In this document: positions 26,880 through 32,105 of the stretch, piece by piece | Layout: each line of letters begins with the position of its first letter | How positions within the stretch are numbered: the stretch's first letter is position 1 | DNA from: an uncultured Pseudomonadales bacterium | GTDB lineage: Bacteria > Patescibacteriota > Microgenomatia > UBA1400 > PJMF01 | Reading direction: 5' to 3' | DNA length: 32,105 nucleotides | Assembly (NCBI GenBank): GCA_964464985.1 | Contig: CAYXJQ010000066.1 | Span: forward strand, 1 to 32,105 | Notes under the pieces: generated by a model | Told to the model about the DNA's origin: nothing | Databases searched by the model: none | What the model saw: only the letters and a program-made list of their open reading frames with translations | Program-made: the position numbers and the translations under genes

Positions 26880-28430
26880 ATGAAAGCAATAATCCTCGCT
26901 CGGGTATCTGACAAAAAACAAGACTCTAACCAAGCTCAAATTCTTCGAGTGTCAGATTATGTAAAACGCAAAAATTTAACTGTTTGGAAAACTTACGAGA
27001 TAGAAGAGTCCTCTACTAAAGGTGATAGAGAAAAATTTCAACAAGTTGTCGAAGAAATAACCCAAGCTAGTGAACCCATTGCCTTAGTAGTCGATACCGT
27101 TGATAGACTTCAACGAAGTTTCAAAGAATCGGTTCAATTAGACGACTTACGTAAAGAAGGAAAGCTCGAAATTCACTTCTACCGAGAAAGCTTAGTTATA
27201 AACCAAAACTCAAACAGCTCTGACCTGCTCCGCTGGGATATGGCTGTAATGTTTGCACGAAGCTACGTTCTTCAACTGAGCGACAACGTCAAAAGGAAAC
27301 AAGAACAAATGCTAAGAAGTGGTATCTACCCGAGCAGACCGCCTTATGGTTACATAAGAGTTCCTATACCTGGAAACGAAAAGAAAACCCATATTGTTAT
27401 TGATGAATACGCTTCAAAAATTGTTCAAAAAGCCTATGAGTGGTACGCAACAAGTAGCTATTCAATGGAGTTATTAAGAGAAAAGCTAAAAAAGGAATAT
27501 GGGGTTGATTGGTCTAAAGGATTTCTAGATAAGGTACTAAAAAACCACTTTTATTACGGCTTAATGACTTGGAATAAAGGCAAATCAAACGAAAAGGTCT
27601 ACCCACACAAATATCCTCACATTATTGAGAAATCACTTTTTGACCAAGTCCAAAAAATAAAGGCAGGATTTAATAAAAAACCGTTCAAATATGCTGGCAA
27701 GCCATACATCTATCGAGGACTGCTTCGATGTGCTCATTGTGGGCTTTCTGTGACACCTGAGAAGCACAAGGGTCACGTTTACTATCATTGCACTCAATAC
27801 AATGGCAAACACGGGGCTAAATGGCTTAGAGAAGAAAATATCACGAAACAAATCGGTAAAGTATTCAAAAATATTCAAATTCCTGAAGAAGTCCTAAATC
27901 AAATCGTTACTTCCTTACAATCTAGCCACGAAGGTAAAGCAAGCTTTAGAGAAACTCAATACAAGCAACTAACTTCAGAGCACGAGAAATACACTAAACG
28001 CCTTGAAAGAATTTATATCGACAGACTAGACGGGCGTATTACTGATGATGAGTATGACAAGTTTTATCAGTCATTCCGTGAGAAAGTAGCAGAAATAGAC
28101 GCTCAGCTCTCAATGCTTCAAGAAGCTGAAGATAACTACTATCTCTCGGCTAAATACCTACTAGAACTCGCAAATAGGGCTTACGAATTGTTTGAAAGTT
28201 CGGAAGTTGAAGAAAGAAGGCAGTTAATCAAGCTTGTACTATCGAACCTTAGAGTAAAAGAGGAATTTGTCCGATACGATGCGATAAAACCGTTCGACAC
28301 ACTCCTAAATTACGACCATCGTCAATCTTGGCTCCCTGTTCATGAGCTTACTCGGACCCAGGGGTGGCTGGAGGGTTTTGTTAATTGTTCTAAAAATTCT
28401 TTACAGTTTACCAGTTTGCAACTGAGGTGA
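26880..28430 (+). CDS. large serine recombinase (resolvase/invertase N-domain + recombinase domain + zinc ribbon/coiled-coil); last 32 codons encoded by repeat/junction DNA
   Basis: The catalytic region is MKAIILARVSDKKQ and VVDTVDRLQRS. The recombinase domain contains RPPYGY. The zinc ribbon is LLRCAHCGLSVTPEKHKGHVYYHCTQ, followed by a coiled-coil. From codon 485 (CTC 28332) the sequence is repeat copy A. Confidence 0.9.
   Translation: MKAIILARVSDKKQDSNQAQILRVSDYVKRKNLTVWKTYEIEESSTKGDREKFQQVVEEITQASEPIALVVDTVDRLQRSFKESVQLDDLRKEGKLEIHFYRESLVINQNSNSSDLLRWDMAVMFARSYVLQLSDNVKRKQEQMLRSGIYPSRPPYGYIRVPIPGNEKKTHIVIDEYASKIVQKAYEWYATSSYSMELLREKLKKEYGVDWSKGFLDKVLKNHFYYGLMTWNKGKSNEKVYPHKYPHIIEKSLFDQVQKIKAGFNKKPFKYAGKPYIYRGLLRCAHCGLSVTPEKHKGHVYYHCTQYNGKHGAKWLREENITKQIGKVFKNIQIPEEVLNQIVTSLQSSHEGKASFRETQYKQLTSEHEKYTKRLERIYIDRLDGRITDDEYDKFYQSFREKVAEIDAQLSMLQEAEDNYYLSAKYLLELANRAYELFESSEVEERRQLIKLVLSNLRVKEEFVRYDAIKPFDTLLNYDHRQSWLPVHELTRTQGWLEGFVNCSKNSLQFTSLQLR
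28331..28380. repeat. ~50-bp junction repeat, copy A (GCTCCCTGTTCATGAGCTTACTCGGACCCAGGGGTGGCTGGAGGGTTTTG)
   Basis: 43/50 identical to copy B. The first 31 nt are identical to copy C. Homology to B and C starts exactly at GCTCCC. Confidence 0.85.
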
Positions 28431-28440
28431 TATTTGAATG

Positions 28441-30363
28441 TTATCCATTAAGCTCTTTTTGAACCAACTCTCTTGTTGTTGGAGAACAAAACTCAAGGAC
28501 GACCACTTGAATCTCTTGATTTCTAAAAACAAGATTTGCAGGAGGCGTATATCCTTTCTTGTTGGTTTCCTCCCAGGCCTTAACATACTTGGCCACCACA
28601 GCTTGTCTATCTTCAGTTCTTTGAGTTGGCAGGGCGTAAACAGTTATAATATCAAAATATCCAACATCTTGTTTTATTTCAGCCACTAAACGAGTCAATT
28701 CTGCAGCTGAATCCTCTGATAAATTTAACTCCCTCCCCTTAACAAGCTCCATCGCTCTTTCTAAATAAAATTGAGTCTTGTTTTTTAGATTCCTTGCATC
28801 GACTAATTTTTTATATATTTTAAAAGTAAAATCTTCAAACTGTTCAGGACTTAGCTCTTGATACTTATATTTAATGTCTTGTTCAATACCTTTATATAGA
28901 TTAGATGATTTGATTCTTGCAACCGCTTCCTCATCTAACACCAAACCTTCTTGTTGCGGCAAGGAGTCGAGAAGGAATAAGTAAAATTGTGTAGCCTGTT
29001 CAGCATCAAGTTTAACATCTTTTCTTTTAAAATTTCTGTAAATGTCTCTTTCCATTCTCTGTAAGGTGTAATCTAGCTTGACGCTTTGCAGAGTGTCATA
29101 ATCAAAATTTGACCAGGTAGCGTCTACCACTGTTTGAGATATATCATTTTCTCCAACAGTAACAAAAGAATTCCAAGCATGTCCTGATTCCTTTTTAGTT
29201 TTTAAAGTCAGGCTAAGGTTTTGAGATTGTGCTTCATATGAAGGGTCGAAATCAGCTCTTGAACCTGATTCATAAAATGCATATGTGTCTTGAAGATAAT
29301 TAAATTTAGTTTGTTTAGCTTTTATTGCTTCAAAAACTACTTTTACTGTGGAGGCAAAATTCCGACAAATACCATTACCTTTAAAGTCGTCACTATCTTT
29401 TTCCCTAAGCCCACGATGTAGTAAATACAAAGCACTATGCTGGTCTGACTGGGTTTCTCCATGTTCTCCGCCCATCTCATCAAGATTATATTTTTTTAAC
29501 CTTGTCACCAATTCTAAAGTTAGTTGAGCTGCTTGCTGAGGTCTTAATAAGGTTAAATCTTTTATGTCTAATTGCTCAACTAACCGTTGACCTTCGGGTG
29601 TCTTTGAATAGCTTCCAATAAAACTAAATATCTGTCCTTGCCAATCGGGTATTTCTACAGTTTTATAATAAGTATGTGCAGAATCTGGATCAGGTATATT
29701 GCGAGAGTCGAAATCTAAAACGGCTCTAGCTTCTTTTGAAATCTCCATTGGTTTTTCTGAAAGCTTTGTTTCTTTACCAAAATTATTCAGGTGTAAAAAT
29801 CTATAGTCTACATCGTCCATCCGTAATTCAAAAACTGCTTCTTCTGGATACTCTCGCTTATTTCTAGACTCCAAGTAAAAGTCTCTAGCTTCCTCCCAGT
29901 TGTCAAAGGTTTTACTACTTGTACCTACTAGTAAATTGGGATTATCAAGAGAACGAAGTCCTGGAAAAGTTACAAAATACTTGCCGTCTTCAGTCGCTTT
30001 GATTGAATGAAAAGTTGTAAATGATTTCTGCAAGGACATCGCCTCTACTCTCGGGTTAAAATTCCCTTTTGCTTCTTGAAGAATTCTTTCCGCTTCTTCC
30101 CTCGAATCAACGGTCCTACTATAGGAAGCTATTGCCCCAATATCGGTATATCCCCCTGGTGAAGTTACTTTATATTTCCCCTCATTTTCTTGTATATCAA
30201 AGAAGAAAGAAGAGGTCGAATCATTTCTACCTTCATCACCACTCTCTTTATCAACAATTTGTTCTGTATTTTCTTGATCTAAAACTTCTGATTTCGCTGC
30301 TTCTTGTAGTTCAGCACCCGGCATTGGTTCGCCAAAATCTTTCATAACATTATTGTAACTCAA
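28441..30363 (-). CDS. large hypothetical protein with transglutaminase-like cysteine-protease core
   Basis: The Cys-His-Asp arrangement is GNGICRNFAS ... (about 60 aa) ... SGHAWNSF ... (19 aa) ... VVDATW, with spacing typical of the transglutaminase-like superfamily. The N-terminal half contains two KY.VT.PG...EEA modules. Confidence 0.45.
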   Translation of the reverse strand: MSYNNVMKDFGEPMPGAELQEAAKSEVLDQENTEQIVDKESGDEGRNDSTSSFFFDIQENEGKYKVTSPGGYTDIGAIASYSRTVDSREEAERILQEAKGNFNPRVEAMSLQKSFTTFHSIKATEDGKYFVTFPGLRSLDNPNLLVGTSSKTFDNWEEARDFYLESRNKREYPEEAVFELRMDDVDYRFLHLNNFGKETKLSEKPMEISKEARAVLDFDSRNIPDPDSAHTYYKTVEIPDWQGQIFSFIGSYSKTPEGQRLVEQLDIKDLTLLRPQQAAQLTLELVTRLKKYNLDEMGGEHGETQSDQHSALYLLHRGLREKDSDDFKGNGICRNFASTVKVVFEAIKAKQTKFNYLQDTYAFYESGSRADFDPSYEAQSQNLSLTLKTKKESGHAWNSFVTVGENDISQTVVDATWSNFDYDTLQSVKLDYTLQRMERDIYRNFKRKDVKLDAEQATQFYLFLLDSLPQQEGLVLDEEAVARIKSSNLYKGIEQDIKYKYQELSPEQFEDFTFKIYKKLVDARNLKNKTQFYLERAMELVKGRELNLSEDSAAELTRLVAEIKQDVGYFDIITVYALPTQRTEDRQAVVAKYVKAWEETNKKGYTPPANLVFRNQEIQVVVLEFCSPTTRELVQKELNG

Positions 30364-30458
30364 GACAATATATTTTATAACTAACTAAGATTAACAGGGT
30401 CTATAAATAACCACTTGAAAAATAATTAAATTTGATATATCAAAATAAGTTGGTTTTT

Positions 30459-30508
30459 GCTCCCCATCCATGATCTTACTCGAACCCAGAGGTGGTTGGA
30501 GGGTTTTG
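30459..30508. repeat. ~50-bp junction repeat, copy B
   Basis: GCTCCCCATCCATGATCTTACTCGAACCCAGAGGTGGTTGGAGGGTTTTG has 7 differences from copy A. In the copy-A reading frame it ends at a TAA 2 codons later. Confidence 0.85.
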
Positions 30509-30549
30509 AATAACCCTGTTAGTTAGAATTAAACTATAATTATTTATAG

Positions 30550-31164
30550 TTATTGTTGTCTTTTGGCTTCTAGAGCATAGGCTTTTTCTTTAGCAGCTCT
30601 TTCGGCTTCACTACAATAGGGAGAATAATAAAATACTCCTATAACTTCCTCTAAAGTAGTAGCTGATTCAAGTTCTTTTAAAGACATATCATTCCATTTA
30701 GCTAGAGCAGCTATTTTAGCTTCACTACAATTAGGAGAATTTTCAAAAACATTTCTAACATCCTCCAAGGTAATAGCTGATTCAAGTTCTTTTAAAGACA
30801 TATCATTCCATTTAGCTAGAGCAGCTATTTTGATTTCATTAATATAAGACCCACAATAATCAAAAATATTTCTAACTTCTTCTATAGTAGTAGCTGATTC
30901 TAGTTCTTTTGGAGCAATATCTTTCAATTTGGCTAGAAGGGCGTTATTGAAGCTGGCACAAGCATCTTCTCTAGACTTAACACTTATGGGAAGTACAACA
31001 CTTAGAACTTCCTCCAAGGTAGTAGCTGATTCAAATTCTTTTAGAGCTTTATTAATATGTTTAGCATAAGAAGCTCTTTCTTCTTCATCTATTAGACTAA
31101 AAGTGGGCTTTTCTTTGGAGCCCCAAACATAAGTGATACCAAATTTTCTTCTCTCTTCTGTCAT
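30550..31164 (-). CDS. tandem-repeat protein (four ~38-aa LKELESATTLEEV...AALAKWNDMS units), unknown function
   Basis: Internal repeats are evident in the translation. Two adjacent units are nearly identical at the DNA level. Confidence 0.6.
   Translation of the reverse strand: MTEERRKFGITYVWGSKEKPTFSLIDEEERASYAKHINKALKEFESATTLEEVLSVVLPISVKSREDACASFNNALLAKLKDIAPKELESATTIEEVRNIFDYCGSYINEIKIAALAKWNDMSLKELESAITLEDVRNVFENSPNCSEAKIAALAKWNDMSLKELESATTLEEVIGVFYYSPYCSEAERAAKEKAYALEAKRQQ
30660..30831. repeat. intragenic tandem duplication, period 114 bp
   Basis: 30660-30717 and 30774-30831 are identical over 58 nt. More diverged units start near 30891 and 31024. Confidence 0.9.
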
Positions 31165-31189
31165 ATGGAAAAATTATATATTATAATAA

Positions 31190-31219
31190 TAAATATATCA
31201 AAACATATCAAATGCTCCC
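31190..31219. repeat. 30-nt AT-rich arm + core, copy 1 (TAAATATATCAAAACATATCAAATGCTCCC)
   Basis: 29/30 identical to 32016-32045, which lies immediately downstream of the tRNA-Asn 3' end. On the minus strand it contains TTGATA/-10-like promoter elements for the gene to its left. Confidence 0.85.
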
Positions 31220-31262
31220 TGTTCATGAGCTTACTCGGACCCAGAGGTTGTTGAGTGTCTTC
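31214..31262. repeat. ~50-bp junction repeat, copy C (3' third degenerate)
   Basis: GCTCCCTGTTCATGAGCTTACTCGGACCCAG is identical to copy A for 31 nt. It then diverges with an apparent 1-nt deletion. Confidence 0.8.
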
Positions 31263-31306
31263 GTATGATTTAAATAAATTACTTTTAATGATACCTTTGA
31301 TTTACC

Positions 31307-31864
31307 TTAAGACAAATCAACAACTCTTGTCTTCCAAATCTTATCATGCAAAGCATCATGTTTTTTATCGATCAATACCATTCCAGAATCAATTAAAAAA
31401 ATTATTTCTCCAATTGACCCAAACAAACCAATAATAATAAGTAGATAAATTAGAGTTCTGCTTACAAAATATCTTTGAATACTTACAGGTTTATTTGTTT
31501 TTAAATCAACAACTTGTAAATTCATTTTTTTCTTACCTATTGTTTGACCAGTTTTTGAAATTTGTTTAATTTGTTTAATAATAATATGGATCATCCAAAA
31601 TAATGAAAAAATAAACGCTAAGAAAATAATTATAAATATGATAGTTGCTATAGGTCTTATAGAGATTAGTTCGTCTAAAAAATTTTTATTTAAAGATTTG
31701 GTGGTTTCAGAATTAATTTCGGAAAAACCTGAGCCAGCTATGAATGGAATAGAAAAAATTAGATAAAAAGGAATTGTTATAATTAACCATTGGAGAGGGA
31801 GCAAAAAATCAATTAAAAAAGCTTTTAATCTTTTTGAGTGTAATGGTTTTTTGTGTTTTTTCAT
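31307..31864 (-). CDS. RDD family membrane protein
   Basis: The N-terminal RLKAFLIDFLL and C-terminal ALHDKIWKTRVV are the characteristic RDD-domain ends, with hydrophobic helices between them. Confidence 0.6.
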   Translation of the reverse strand: MKKHKKPLHSKRLKAFLIDFLLPLQWLIITIPFYLIFSIPFIAGSGFSEINSETTKSLNKNFLDELISIRPIATIIFIIIFLAFIFSLFWMIHIIIKQIKQISKTGQTIGKKKMNLQVVDLKTNKPVSIQRYFVSRTLIYLLIIIGLFGSIGEIIFLIDSGMVLIDKKHDALHDKIWKTRVVDLS

Positions 31865-32015
31865 AAAAAATTTTTACTGACTAAAAATGAATGTTTTTTC
31901 ATAATAATTATACAGAAATATAAATAGCTGGTGCAAATGAAGTTTCAAATCAAAAATTTGATCTTGAAGTGTGGTGTTTTGTATTAAAGAAATAACTTAA
32001 GTAAAAATAAATGAT

Positions 32016-32045
32016 TAAATATATCAAAAGATATCAAATGCTCCC
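32016..32045. repeat. 30-nt AT-rich arm + core, copy 2, overlapping the tRNA-Asn 3' end
   Basis: TAAATATATCAAAAGATATCAAATGCTCCC has one mismatch to 31190-31219. Confidence 0.85.
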
Positions 32046-32105
32046 CCGGTAGGAGTCGAACCTACAACCTTGAAGTTAACAGCTTCCTGCTCTGCCATTG
32101 AGCTA
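32041..32105 (-). tRNA. tRNA-Asn (anticodon GUU), partial: 5' ~9 nt lie beyond the window; CCA not encoded
   Basis: The reverse complement reads TA-GCTC-AATGGCA-GAGC-A-GGAAG-CTGTTAA-CTTCA-AGGTT-GTAGG-TTCGACT-CCTAC-CGGGGGA-G. It has a D arm, an anticodon loop with U33-GUU-A37, a 5-nt variable loop, a canonical T arm and discriminator G, as in E. coli tRNA-Asn. Confidence 0.85.

Larger units (their letters stand above)
21971..28337 (+). mobile_element. putative ~6.4-kb integrative (and possibly rolling-circle replicating) element encoding a large serine recombinase
   Basis: Bounded by CTTGCTCCCCCTG (21967-21979) and CTTGGCTCCCTG (28327-28338). It carries recombinase, HNH, excisionase-type HTH, Rep-like, SpoVG-like and Abi-like genes, with no housekeeping functions. 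Confidence 0.5.
28331..32047. mobile_element. array of three recombinase-less single-gene modules bounded by GCTCCC-core junctions, abutting tRNA-Asn
   Basis: The modules are 28338-30465, 30466-31219 and 31220-32045. Each has the conserved ~50-bp arm at its left end, one minus-strand gene, and an AT-rich right arm. The right arms of the last two are 29/30 identical. Confidence 0.4.

Noticed and set aside
21971-28337. A compositional (GC) shift as evidence for the island
   Set aside because: Spot counts of individual 60-nt lines gave overlapping values for host genes (23-42 percent) and island genes (about 37 percent). Without a proper sliding-window calculation no compositional claim is justified.
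3226-30347. Short track ORFs nested antisense or out of frame inside longer genes. Start coordinates: 3226, 4959, 7564, 9876, 10660, 12183, 12606, 13541, 13641, 14265, 17820, 18762, 20162, 21718, 22587, 23463, 23925, 26325, 26729, 27633, 28401, 28438 and 30069.
   Set aside because: Each is fully or largely contained in a longer ORF with recognisable domains or consistent coding character. None has its own SD or promoter, and their compositions are typical of shadow frames.
28331-31262. The ~50-bp repeats as tRNA or pseudo-tRNA 3' halves. On the minus strand they read ...CTGGGT(C/T)CGAGTAAG.TCATG.A..GGGAGC, which is reminiscent of a T-loop plus acceptor end.
   Set aside because: No T-stem can be formed (TCCGA versus CATGA do not pair). 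No anticodon arm is present. Only GGTTCGAGT-like and GGGAGC fragments resemble tRNA-Asn. A cloverleaf could not be drawn for any copy.
28331-32047. A classical integron or CRISPR array as the explanation for the spaced repeats
   Set aside because: No IntI-type tyrosine integrase and no attC-like imperfect palindrome were found. The repeats are only three, irregularly spaced (2.1 kb and 0.75 kb), and separated by full genes, so this is not a CRISPR array either.
1-32105. Alternative genetic code (UGA as sense, as in some CPR lineages)
   Set aside because: Full-length, domain-complete ORFs are obtained with the standard stops, and TGA is used as a genuine stop (for example the ArsR gene at 9520-9522). 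No conserved domain is interrupted by an in-frame TGA.

Overview
This is a low-GC bacterial fragment that uses ordinary TAA/TAG/TGA stops, so there is no sign of UGA recoding. The gene content looks like a small-genome, possibly CPR/Patescibacteria-like organism, but that is inference only. All family calls come from reading motifs in the translations; no searches were run.

Positions 1-21.9 kb hold ordinary chromosomal genes:
- an LCP-family enzyme, a beta-lactamase-fold serine hydrolase and a PlsC acyltransferase
- a candidate cobalamin riboswitch in front of an uncharacterised protein
- a YibE/F membrane protein and Kbl
- a thiol-redox/ArsR/permease operon, an ABC exporter and a P2-type cation ATPase
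- two multi-domain GH130-like glycosidases and two tandem paralogous membrane-anchored proteins
- a MazG-like protein and pterin-4a-carbinolamine dehydratase
- one partial minus-strand CDS at 1..663 that is missing from the ORF track

Positions 21.97-32.05 kb form an accessory region that ends at a partial tRNA-Asn(GUU) at the window edge.
- A ~6.4-kb element encodes an AbiTii-like protein, a wHTH protein, SpoVG, a Rep_trans-like rolling-circle initiator, an excisionase-type HTH, an HNH endonuclease and a large serine recombinase.
- Three single-gene modules follow it: a transglutaminase-like protein, a tandem-repeat protein and an RDD membrane protein.
- All five boundaries carry the same GCTCCC core, which is the tRNA 3' end. 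Three of them are followed by a ~50-bp repeat whose variation looks like coding sequence.

The most interesting observation is that the recombinase ORF reads straight through one of these junctions. An in-frame, start-less 37-codon tail sits at the opposite end of the element. This suggests that attP lies inside the recombinase gene and that integration swaps the enzyme's C-terminal tail. It also suggests that recombinase-less cassettes accrete at the tRNA.
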